NCBI GenBank assembly: GCA_964439885.1
Contig: CAYTPE010000001.1
Span: 9,031-73,030, forward strand
Source: an uncultured Gammaproteobacteria bacterium
Lineage (GTDB): Bacteria; Patescibacteriota; Patescibacteriia; Magasanikbacterales; GWA2-37-8
Direction: 5' to 3'
DNA length: 64,000 nt
Position numbers and translations under genes: made by a program. The notes below the pieces were generated by a model. It had not been told where the DNA came from. It did no database searches and was given only the letters and a program-made list of their open reading frames with translations. This document shows positions 56,147 through 64,000 of the stretch, piece by piece. Position 1 is the stretch's first letter; the number at the start of each line of letters is the position of its first letter.

Positions 56147-57112
56147 ATGCTTAAACATATATTTCGTACTTTGCTTTTCGCTGCATTCGCAGTAGCTGTC
56201 GCCATTCCTGCCGCAGCCGCGAGCGATCCGTCAATAGTGATGGTTTTTAGTCCTGCCACGGTGGCCGCATCACGCCCAGAAGGGGCTACACTTGATGTGG
56301 CTGTGAATACTGGGGCGGCCACCATCAATGCGCTCGAAGGCGAACTGGTGTATCCAGCCAAAGAGCTCGCTGTTGATCAGGTGCTCGATGGTGATTCGGT
56401 CGTTTCGCTCTGGGTAGAGCGACCCACGGTGGATGAGGCACATGGTACGATACGATTCAAAGGTTTGTCAGCCGGTGGTATAAGCACCGGTCATGGTCGC
56501 TTGTTTAAAATAACCTTTCACACGGTACAAACCTCAATCGACGGTGCGTCGCGGTCAATTGTGCAAGCTCGGAATGTGCGTGGATTTTTGAGCGATGGGC
56601 GAGGTACGCCGGTGCCGGTTATTGGTGGAAGCAGTGAATTGGCCGTGGTACCAAGTGCCAGTGAATTAATTCCAACAAGCACAGCAACTTCTTCAACGCA
56701 ACCAATCGATACGACTGCTCCTGACCCTTTTAAACCAGCCATTTCTCGGTATCCGTCACTCTACAACAATCAATGGTTTGTGGTGTTTGCTTCACGTGAT
56801 GGGGGAGGGGGGATAGATCGATACGAAGTTCAGGAAACAAAAAGTGCCACACCCAATCCTGAGCGTTGGATTGAAGTGGCGAGCCCGTATGTATTAAACG
56901 ATCAATCATTAGGTAGTTATGTGCACATACGGGCGCTCGACAAATCAGGTAATGAGAGAATTGAAACGATATCGCCTGCATCAGGTGCGCGTAATTCATA
57001 TACGAAACTCTTTTTTTGGTGTATACTACTAATCGTAGTACTTTTCGGTGGTTTTGTGGTATGGAAAAAACAGTCGCGACAAACCGACACACCACCCCAG
57101 ACACGCAGCTAA
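56147..57112 (+). CDS. membrane-anchored protein with cohesin-like N-terminal domain
   Basis: Start taken at ATG 56147 (MLKHIFRTLLFAAFAVAVAIPAAAA signal peptide). MVFSPATVAASRPEGATLDVAVNTGAATINALEGELVYPAKELAVDQ...FKITFHTVQ resembles cohesin domains. C-terminal transmembrane helix LFFWCILLIVVLFGGFVVW. Confidence 0.5.
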   Translation: MLKHIFRTLLFAAFAVAVAIPAAAASDPSIVMVFSPATVAASRPEGATLDVAVNTGAATINALEGELVYPAKELAVDQVLDGDSVVSLWVERPTVDEAHGTIRFKGLSAGGISTGHGRLFKITFHTVQTSIDGASRSIVQARNVRGFLSDGRGTPVPVIGGSSELAVVPSASELIPTSTATSSTQPIDTTAPDPFKPAISRYPSLYNNQWFVVFASRDGGGGIDRYEVQETKSATPNPERWIEVASPYVLNDQSLGSYVHIRALDKSGNERIETISPASGARNSYTKLFFWCILLIVVLFGGFVVWKKQSRQTDTPPQTRS

Positions 57113-59145
57113 ATGGGGGAGTGGTACGCAGATTTTTCTTCAGCGCAATAGTAGCCGCTGCTCTTTTTTTCGCTTTCCCTTTTTCCGCGCATGCCGCTTC
57201 TCTCACTTTTAGTCCGTCAAGTGGTACGTTCACCGTGGGGAGTACTTTTTCCATCACCGTACTACTCAACACTGAAGACGAAACAGCTAATACCATTCGC
57301 GCGCAAATCTCATATCCAGCGGATAAATTACAACTGGTTTCTCCTTCCACGGGCAATTCAGTCATTAGTATTTGGACAAGCTTGCCCAAAGTAGACAATC
57401 AACGAGGTATCGTCGATCTGCAAGGTGGCATTCCCGGCGGCATTAAGTCCACCGGTGCGGCTATTACAACTTTGGTTTTTCGAGTTAATTCTGTAGGAAA
57501 TGCCGTGGTTCGTTTTACCGATCAATCAAAAGTATTGTTGAATAATGGTCTCGGCACCGAAGCGCTACGCCAAGTAACTAACGGCGTCTACAATTTGGTT
57601 CTTCCGCCACCAGCGGGGCCCATTGTGAGCTCAGAAACACATCCCGATCAGACCAACTGGTATAATATCTCTACGGTCGTGCTCCGTTGGGCACCAGAAC
57701 AAAATGTTGATGGCTATAGTTACATGCTCAGTGAGAACCCGGGAGATGTGCCCGATGATATTTCCGAAGGCATCAACCAAAGCGTCACGTACAAAAATGT
57801 TCCCGATGGTATTCATTACTTCCACATCAAATCACTTAAAGACAAAGCTTGGGGTGGAGTCACGCATTTCGCCCTTAAAATAGATACCGCTGCCCCGGCG
57901 GCTTTTCCGGTTGATATTATCCCTGATGCGCGTACCAGTCGTCGTGAACCAATCGTGCAATTTTCTACCACCGATGGTCTATCGAGTGTGAGCCATTACG
58001 AACTGAAGCTTATTCCACTTTCACCGAGCGCCGATGGCGGCTTTAATGCGCAACCACTCTTTATCGAAGTCACAAGCCCGTACGTGTTTTCGGAATTACC
58101 AATTGGTAATTACGACGTGATCGTTCGAGCGTACGATTTTGCCGGCAATTATCAAGAAATTACGGAGCGCATGAGTATTGTCAATCCGGTCTTTACAGTC
58201 GTGCGAGGTGAAGGTGTTAAAATCGGATCCGCACTCACCATTCCATGGTATGTGTTCTGGATACTCATGGCCACGGGCATTCTTGCAATCGGGCTCATAT
58301 TTTGGCGCATTCGCAGTTGGCGCCATCGTATCATCGCGCAGCGTGCCAATCGAGAATTACCCCAAAAGCTCCAGCAGGATCTTGATGAACTGAAACGCTT
58401 TCGAGCGCGCTATGGTAAGCTTGCGGCGTGTTTGCTCATCATCGCGTTTGTAGCGCTGGCTCGGCCAGCTCGCGCCGATGTCGTCCAAGTGACGCCGCCG
58501 ATCGTGGACACCATTTCTCGTAACATCACAAACGAAGATATTTTTTATATCGGTGGAAAAACCGACACGGGCGGTAGTTCGGTTATCATTTATTTGCAAA
58601 ATCTTTCCACCGGAGAAACACTCACCGAAGTCGTGCCCGTCGATAATCGCGGCAACTGGTTCTATCGCCACGGTTCGTTTCTTTCGAGTGGTGAATATTT
58701 GCTCTGGACGCAAAATAAAATTGGTAACGAAATCAGTCCGCCGAGCCCGCAAGAAAAACTGAAAGTCAGTACTTCTGTTGTACACCTCGGCACGTCACGC
58801 ATCAGCGTCGAAACGATCAATGGCGCGGTGGCCGCTGTCGCGCTCCTTGGTTTCCTGATTTTATTGTTCTACACACTATACCATGCGCGCCATGTGCATC
58901 GTGAGCGCAAGGCGCTCCTTACCGAAATTCGCACCGCCGAGGAGTCCGTACGTCGCGGATTTGCCGTCATTCGCCGTGATATTCAAGCAGAGCTGGAGCT
59001 TGTACACAAAGTAAAACTCGAGAAAAATTTGTCCGATGATGAGCGCACGCGCGAGGAACAGCTCCTCAAAGATTTGGAAGCGATCGAGCAAAATATTGGC
59101 AAGGAAATTTGGGAGATCGACCACTTAGAGGCCCAATTACGTTAA
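57061..59145 (+). CDS. large multi-domain membrane protein with cohesin-like N-terminal domain, Fn3-like domain, three transmembrane segments and C-terminal coiled coil
   Basis: Start ambiguous: ATG 57061 overlaps the upstream gene by 52 nt; an in-frame GTG at 57121 would give MVRRFFFSAIVAAALFFAFPFSAHA as a signal peptide. LTFSPSSGTFTVGSTFSITVLLNTEDETANTIRAQISYPADKLQLVSP is paralogous to the previous gene's cohesin-like domain. Confidence 0.55.
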   Translation: MEKTVATNRHTTPDTQLNGGVVRRFFFSAIVAAALFFAFPFSAHAASLTFSPSSGTFTVGSTFSITVLLNTEDETANTIRAQISYPADKLQLVSPSTGNSVISIWTSLPKVDNQRGIVDLQGGIPGGIKSTGAAITTLVFRVNSVGNAVVRFTDQSKVLLNNGLGTEALRQVTNGVYNLVLPPPAGPIVSSETHPDQTNWYNISTVVLRWAPEQNVDGYSYMLSENPGDVPDDISEGINQSVTYKNVPDGIHYFHIKSLKDKAWGGVTHFALKIDTAAPAAFPVDIIPDARTSRREPIVQFSTTDGLSSVSHYELKLIPLSPSADGGFNAQPLFIEVTSPYVFSELPIGNYDVIVRAYDFAGNYQEITERMSIVNPVFTVVRGEGVKIGSALTIPWYVFWILMATGILAIGLIFWRIRSWRHRIIAQRANRELPQKLQQDLDELKRFRARYGKLAACLLIIAFVALARPARADVVQVTPPIVDTISRNITNEDIFYIGGKTDTGGSSVIIYLQNLSTGETLTEVVPVDNRGNWFYRHGSFLSSGEYLLWTQNKIGNEISPPSPQEKLKVSTSVVHLGTSRISVETINGAVAAVALLGFLILLFYTLYHARHVHRERKALLTEIRTAEESVRRGFAVIRRDIQAELELVHKVKLEKNLSDDERTREEQLLKDLEAIEQNIGKEIWEIDHLEAQLR

Positions 59146-59153
59146 CTACTTTT

Positions 59154-59576
59154 ATGAACATATACTATTCCAAGAATTGGGTTAAACGTGGATTGCTTGG
59201 GCGTCGATATCAAACCTATGATGTGCTTATTACAGCTGAAGGTATGTTTGTGCTCAAAATGCCAATCAGTTTTGTGGCTAATTTTACCCATCTGTTTGGA
59301 GCTTTGGGGCAACTGGCAGGGTATTTGTTACAAAATAGGGTTTCCGATAAAGCGCGTAGATTATGGCTTGATGCAAACGGTGCGCTCATCAGTGAAGCCT
59401 ATCGTGATCGTGCCGAACAGTTTGTACCGCGCACCATGATCCTGCCGTGCATTTCCTTTCAAAAGAATTGGCTAGGCAAAGAATATATCATTATCAAAAA
59501 TAACGGTACTGAATTTCCACTGCAAAATAAACCAGCAGATATTATAATGTTTATACAGTTTATTTCCTCACTCTAA
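59154..59576 (+). CDS. hypothetical protein
   Basis: Start taken at the internal ATG 59154, after the upstream stop. 140 aa, no recognisable motif. Confidence 0.4.
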   Translation: MNIYYSKNWVKRGLLGRRYQTYDVLITAEGMFVLKMPISFVANFTHLFGALGQLAGYLLQNRVSDKARRLWLDANGALISEAYRDRAEQFVPRTMILPCISFQKNWLGKEYIIIKNNGTEFPLQNKPADIIMFIQFISSL

Positions 59577-59587
59577 AACAGTGAAAC

Positions 59588-59612
59588 AAAAAGAGCGCTC
59601 GCGCGCTCTTTT
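59588..59612. terminator. bidirectional rho-independent terminator between convergent genes
   Basis: AAAAAGAGCGCTCGCGCGCTCTTTT. Confidence 0.6.
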
Positions 59613-59628
59613 AACTTTTATTCGATGT

Positions 59629-60213
59629 TTAGGTATTTTTTCTATTTTTAAAGACGTCCTGCGCCGCCTTGAGCATTATTTCTATAATTTCGATTTCGGT
59701 TTCTGATCTGCCACCACTTTCAGTAATTAAGGTCTGCATTCTTTCGATTTCTTCGGCAAGCGTGCCTGTTTCCATTTGATCAAAGCGGGTACGAGTCAGA
59801 TCATAGATGTTCGTTGCGGGCACTGTTTCGCTCACCATTTCTTCGGTTTGATCTTCCATTGTTTCAATAGCTCTGGTCAGAGTAAGCAGCTGATCCGGCG
59901 GGCACTCCGAAAGAGCTTTTTTTCTGATTGCCTGATACAAAGAAAATTGTTTGTCCGTTTTTTGGCTGTAGACTTCTAAATCATCCGGCTGTCTTTTTTG
60001 TGCTTTTGGCCAAACTCCTGTGCGAGCGATAAATTCAACGTTCGGAAGCCTGGTTTCGTCAACGCTTTGTATGGCGAGTTTGATAGTGTCGAGTGTCTCT
60101 CGTGCAGCGCGGTAATTTTTGAAAGCTTCGACTACTGGCGCAATAAGCGACGTTATTTCGGTGGTGTCAGCGGATTGCAGCTGCCGCTCAGTACCTGTTT
60201 CGGTTGTGTTCAT
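59629..60213 (-). CDS. hypothetical acidic protein
   Basis: 194-aa ORF, Glu/Thr-rich, predicted helical. No homology recognised. Confidence 0.5.
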   Translation of the reverse strand: MNTTETGTERQLQSADTTEITSLIAPVVEAFKNYRAARETLDTIKLAIQSVDETRLPNVEFIARTGVWPKAQKRQPDDLEVYSQKTDKQFSLYQAIRKKALSECPPDQLLTLTRAIETMEDQTEEMVSETVPATNIYDLTRTRFDQMETGTLAEEIERMQTLITESGGRSETEIEIIEIMLKAAQDVFKNRKNT

Positions 60214-60384
60214 AGTATATGATTGCAGTAAGTTACTAGTCGTTTTTTGTCATTTCCGCTTTCGCCGGAACGAGATTGCTGAGATTGTTATATCTAGATT
60301 GTATCAAAAGACCGGCACAATGGCAAAAGTTAAACGAGAGCATCGCAGTAAACAAAAACACCACCTGTCGGCGGGTTTTTGTTG

Positions 60385-60457
60385 TGGGTCGGCTGGGGTT
60401 CGAACCCAGGACCTTATCCTTAAAAGGGATCTGCTCTACCAGCTGAGCTACCGACCC
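60385..60457 (-). tRNA. tRNA-Lys (anticodon UUU)
   Basis: 73-nt cloverleaf: GGGUCGG-UA-GCUC-AGCUGGUA-GAGC-A-GAUCC-CUUUUAA-GGAUA-AGGUC-CUGGG-UUCGAAC-CCCAG-CCGACCC-A; closely resembles bacterial tRNA-Lys(UUU). Confidence 0.85.
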
Positions 60458-60570
60458 AATATATTACCGAAGCTGGCACACCTCTGAAAGGTGAATTTAT
60501 GGACTTTAGACTTTCATAATGATATACTAAACAATGAAAAAAATCAAGAGTTTTTTGTGTATAACACGTT

Positions 60571-63249
60571 ATGTCAGAAAAAATGCCCATTATAGTAGAT
60601 GGTTCAAGAGGGGTAGAAGAGAAAGCTGGGCTGTCGGAGCCTCAGGGCGGCTCGGATCAACGAGAAATAATTCAACCAGAAACTCCAGAATCCATTCCCG
60701 AACTGACACCAAAACAGTCACGCTTTTTTAATTTTTTACGTCAGCACCGCCTAGGTGTGGCGCTTGGTTTGTCGTTTTCGCTGCATGGCGGATACATGGA
60801 ACGAGACAAAGTTGTTGCGTTTGCCGATGATACTGTGGAGGTGAGTAAAGAAGCTCTCAGCGCGCTTGGCAGTCTTCCAAAAAAGGCTTGGCACGAAATG
60901 GCAAATTGGTACCATCGTAACAGAATTGATACCACACAAGCCGAAGCGTTTAGCCGCAAAGCCGGCGAGATTATGGAACGCTCTGAGCGTGGTGAGCGGC
61001 AGCAGCTTGATTGGGCAAATCTTATGCCAGATATAGAATTTTTTTCCGGTGGCATTAGTGTAGAAGAGCACGAACATGAAAAAGCATATATTGCTGCAGA
61101 ATATGCTCGTATCGACGCGCTACCGCGTTTGCCCGACGAATTGGCCGATATGAACTCAGTGTTAGCCCTGCAGCCGCCAAGTGGCGAGGGCACATCGATG
61201 CTCGCGCGCGCAGATAAGCAGCCAGTATGGTGTGAGGGTTTGGCCAAGTGGGTGCTCGTTATGTTTCGCCATCGTTATCCCGAAAAAGAAATACACATGC
61301 AGCAGCTTTTAGTGGAAGGCAAGAACAAGAAAGCCGAACCGCATTTGCGCGCATTCATGAAAGTAGGAGACAAAACATACGCCTTGGACGGAAGCGAAGC
61401 ATATGAGTTGACTCAAAACGATTTTGAGGGTTCAGTAGTGACGACGCCTGAGGAATTGTATCTCGCGCCATTGGTTCCACATCCACGTTCGCAGGTAGTA
61501 GACAAACACGAAGACTTTCTCGCTGCCGAGCGATCCAAAGCTGCACTCAAATCAAAAGCAGAAGATGTTGCGTTGGCTGAACCGCCACCACGAGAGGTTA
61601 CCATGCGTAGCCGTTTGCAAATGGCGTCAGCAAGCAGCGATACTTCAATAGATCAGCGAGATATTGTTTTCCGTCTCAAAAGAGTGCATCGCGACAAACG
61701 GGAACCGCTCGAAGATCCCACCGCCGCACAGGATAAAAAATTACGCAAAGCTTTTGAAGACGACAAGAGCTTTAGGTTCTACCGAGCCTTGAGTAGCGGA
61801 GGACACGTACAAAATACCAAAGATGATTTTTCGTGGCGCGTATCGGGCGAGCCAGGCGAGCTGGTTGTTTCGCACCTGCCCTATCAAGAATTGATGGAGA
61901 GAATTAAAGATCCTGAGGGGTATGGGTGGAGAGAGAGGGTCTTTGAACTTAATCCCAATGTGCTCGTGGTAGGTAAAATTCCTGATTGGTATTCTCTTCG
62001 TAGAGAAGGTTTGGCTGTTGTTGAAGTCAGACCTTCAACTCTGGGAGCAAAAGAAATCGAATTGGTAGACAGAGTGGGTGATGTGGTGCTAGCAGGACAA
62101 AACAGCTGTCGGTTCGATAATGAATCGGCTGGTGTGTGGGAGTGTAGTGCAAAAGAACCAAGGTCTGTCGGTGAAGAAGTGGAGAAAACAGTTGTGTGGT
62201 ATGACATGAACGGTATGCTCCAAAAAAAAATGCTCGCCAAAGAAGGCCGATACGTTAGTGGGGGCTATATAAGTTTAGCCAAAAACGAAGCTGGAATCAA
62301 AAAAGTCTCGCTCAGTCGTTTGGATGAAAATGAACCATTCGCTTCATTTCTGGGTGAGCGGGCATTCATCAACTCTTTAACTGGTCTTGTATCAACCGAT
62401 GAACGCCGGCCGAATGGAGACATTAAACGTCTTTATACTGTGGACGGAAAATTATTGGATGATACACTAATGGGGGACATTACACCTAATGAGCCCTATA
62501 CGATTTGCCCTCGAAAAGGTAGTAGGGGTGGATATATTCTGAATAAAGAACACCAACGCATTTTTGAGGCACCCTCAGGCTTCATTGGTGAAGATGTCCA
62601 AAATGATGGTCCGTTTGTTTTTTTTACGTGGTCTTTAGGCAGTAATGCACATAAAAAGTTTTATTTTATCCGCGTTGATGGAAGCGTTAGCCAAGCCTAC
62701 GATCATGTTCGCTTTGAAGGTGCACTCGGAGTTGTAATGATCGGCCGTAAAAAATATTTTATAGATGATCATGAAAACAAGCTTTCAGATGGGTATGAAT
62801 ATGCGAACGTGTTGCCGGGTGGTATACGAGTGGCGCGGTTGAACGGTAAGCAGGTAATTCTCGACACTTATTTTCAACCTATTTCGGATGGTTATAAAAA
62901 TATAAGCTATGCTGGTTTTGGCCACATCTGCATTGCCGATGAAGAAGTAGAAAGCGGTAGGACAAAAAAATACTTACTTGACGGCAAAACCGGTAAACGC
63001 ATTACTCAAAAACCCTATAGAAAAATATCTAATTTTGTATATGGAAGAGCCATAGCTCGAGATTTTGAAGGTGGGTATAACTACCTCCTTGACGATAAAG
63101 GAAATGAAATACGCCAGGAAGTGTATAACATAATTTATGGCAGAGATGGTGATGTGGCCAGTGATGCGGCTGAAGCAGTGTGGTGGCTTATGGATGCCGA
63201 AGGAAAGTTCGCGTATTATATAGATAAAAATGGTAAAAAAATTTTTTAG
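60571..63249 (+). CDS. large hypothetical protein with C-terminal WG-repeat-like (KxYxIDxxGKxI) beta-repeats
   Basis: 892 aa. The C-terminal third contains repeated units such as KKYFIDDHENKL, KKYLLDGKTGKRI, YNYLLDDKGNEI and KFAYYIDKNGKKIF. Confidence 0.55.
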   Translation: MSEKMPIIVDGSRGVEEKAGLSEPQGGSDQREIIQPETPESIPELTPKQSRFFNFLRQHRLGVALGLSFSLHGGYMERDKVVAFADDTVEVSKEALSALGSLPKKAWHEMANWYHRNRIDTTQAEAFSRKAGEIMERSERGERQQLDWANLMPDIEFFSGGISVEEHEHEKAYIAAEYARIDALPRLPDELADMNSVLALQPPSGEGTSMLARADKQPVWCEGLAKWVLVMFRHRYPEKEIHMQQLLVEGKNKKAEPHLRAFMKVGDKTYALDGSEAYELTQNDFEGSVVTTPEELYLAPLVPHPRSQVVDKHEDFLAAERSKAALKSKAEDVALAEPPPREVTMRSRLQMASASSDTSIDQRDIVFRLKRVHRDKREPLEDPTAAQDKKLRKAFEDDKSFRFYRALSSGGHVQNTKDDFSWRVSGEPGELVVSHLPYQELMERIKDPEGYGWRERVFELNPNVLVVGKIPDWYSLRREGLAVVEVRPSTLGAKEIELVDRVGDVVLAGQNSCRFDNESAGVWECSAKEPRSVGEEVEKTVVWYDMNGMLQKKMLAKEGRYVSGGYISLAKNEAGIKKVSLSRLDENEPFASFLGERAFINSLTGLVSTDERRPNGDIKRLYTVDGKLLDDTLMGDITPNEPYTICPRKGSRGGYILNKEHQRIFEAPSGFIGEDVQNDGPFVFFTWSLGSNAHKKFYFIRVDGSVSQAYDHVRFEGALGVVMIGRKKYFIDDHENKLSDGYEYANVLPGGIRVARLNGKQVILDTYFQPISDGYKNISYAGFGHICIADEEVESGRTKKYLLDGKTGKRITQKPYRKISNFVYGRAIARDFEGGYNYLLDDKGNEIRQEVYNIIYGRDGDVASDAAEAVWWLMDAEGKFAYYIDKNGKKIF

Positions 63250-63265
63250 AATAACCAGAAATAGT

Positions 63266-63844
63266 ATGCTCAACAAAAAATACTTCCAACAAGTTCGTAC
63301 CGATTTGCTCTCATACGCCGAGAAGCGCCGCGATGTTATCAAATCCGCCGGAGACGCCCAGCACCACGCCAAGCGCGCTATTTTCGCTCTGCAACGCGAT
63401 AGCACCGCCGATGCCGACGAGTCTCTCACGGCGGCCAAAGAGCTGCTCGCCGGTTTGGTCAAAAAGTACAAGAATGATAGCCGCATTATTGAAGAAGGAT
63501 CTTATCGAGCCGCGCTCGAGGAATTTATCGAAGCTACTTTGTTTCAGCAGTTTCTCGCCAAAAAAGATTTAGGAGAAATTAAAGGGTTGCCCATCGATTC
63601 CGATGCCTTTATCGCTGGGTTGGCCGATGTGCCGGGAGAAATTGTACGCTACGCTACTAAATCGGCCACCGAACGTAATTTCAATATGGTGCAATACTGC
63701 TATCAAGTCGCCGAAGCAATTATTGGGGAGTTGCTCGATATGGACTTAACTGGGTATAATAGACAGAAGTTCGACCAAGCCAAACAGGCGTTGCATAAAT
63801 TGCAGCAAATCGTCTACGAGGTGAGCCTTAAAAATAACTTGTAA
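63266..63844 (+). CDS. translin-family protein
   Basis: Start taken at ATG 63266. AKRAIFALQRD...YRAALEEFIEATLFQQFL...AFIAGLADVPGEIVRYATKSA matches translin/TRAX helical-bundle conserved blocks. Confidence 0.5.
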   Translation: MLNKKYFQQVRTDLLSYAEKRRDVIKSAGDAQHHAKRAIFALQRDSTADADESLTAAKELLAGLVKKYKNDSRIIEEGSYRAALEEFIEATLFQQFLAKKDLGEIKGLPIDSDAFIAGLADVPGEIVRYATKSATERNFNMVQYCYQVAEAIIGELLDMDLTGYNRQKFDQAKQALHKLQQIVYEVSLKNNL

Positions 63845-64000
63845 AGCCCAATATTATAAACGTTATGTTTTTGTTTTTATCACAAAAAGTATCTGACTAT
63901 TGGGTGAGAGCTGTGGTAGTGCTAGCTTTTATAGCAAGTTGTGCGTTTGCCGTAACTGTTGCTCGCGCAGCTGATGCGCCTCTTGTTTCCGCATCCCTTT

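Noticed and set aside
1-64000. Alternative genetic code (UGA as sense, code 4/25) for the host, prompted by the tRNA(UCA)
   Set aside because: All conserved genes are full-length under standard translation, and TGA falls at the expected C-termini of DegT, FdtA-like, two GT2 genes and MurG. If UGA were sense the standard-code ORF track would show fragmented homologs, which it does not.

Overview
The window looks like a 64 kb chromosomal segment of a low-GC, Gram-positive-like bacterium with weak or absent Shine-Dalgarno usage, possibly a Candidate Phyla Radiation-like lineage; that placement is inference. TGA is a genuine but rare stop here (about 5 of about 50 stops), so the host uses the standard genetic code.

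Main contents:
- 0.4-25.6 kb: a long co-directional nucleotide-sugar and glycan biosynthesis cluster, interrupted by rpmA (L27), an FtsW/RodA-family gene and a Sun-family RNA methyltransferase. It encodes a DegT aminotransferase, an SDR oxidoreductase, a CBS-NeuB-SAF-TIM-barrel fusion, a SAM methyltransferase, two UDP-sugar dehydrogenases, an epimerase, RfbB, an FdtA-like ketoisomerase, an RmlD-like reductase, a GT4-RmlD fusion, four GT2 genes and an RmlA-like nucleotidyltransferase.
- 25.6-39.3 kb: a TerC-like membrane protein, a patatin-like phospholipase, a spermidine-synthase-like membrane protein fused to an M28 peptidase, two tRNA-Pro, PilT, the CCA-adding enzyme, and an AbrB/HlyD/MacB-like ABC export operon.
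- 39.4-41.2 kb: a compositionally anomalous GC-rich segment. It holds a minus-strand promoter-tRNA-structured-RNA-terminator unit whose tRNA has anticodon UCA (UGA-decoding), plus two tiny GC3-rich membrane-protein genes with perfect GGAGG ribosome-binding sites.
- 41.2-46.1 kb: dnaG, rpoD and murG. A roughly 510-bp MITE-like element with long terminal inverted repeats sits exactly between rpoD and murG and carries a decayed GxxExxY (PD-(D/E)XK-like) gene with two in-frame TAG codons.
- 46.3-59.1 kb: a 2148-aa surface protein (threonine/asparagine-rich tandem repeats including a near-identical 639-bp duplication, YVTN-type beta-propeller repeats and a glycine-rich C-terminus), followed by secreted and anchored proteins that include a fibronectin-III-plus-dockerin protein and two cohesin-like proteins.
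- 59.1-63.8 kb: hypothetical proteins, a tRNA-Lys and a translin-like protein.

Recurrent small repeats are present: a TTGTCATTCC...GGAATGACA hairpin MITE family (including a 29-nt copy in frame inside a GT2 gene), heptamer or octamer tandem arrays upstream of genes, and AT-rich palindromes.
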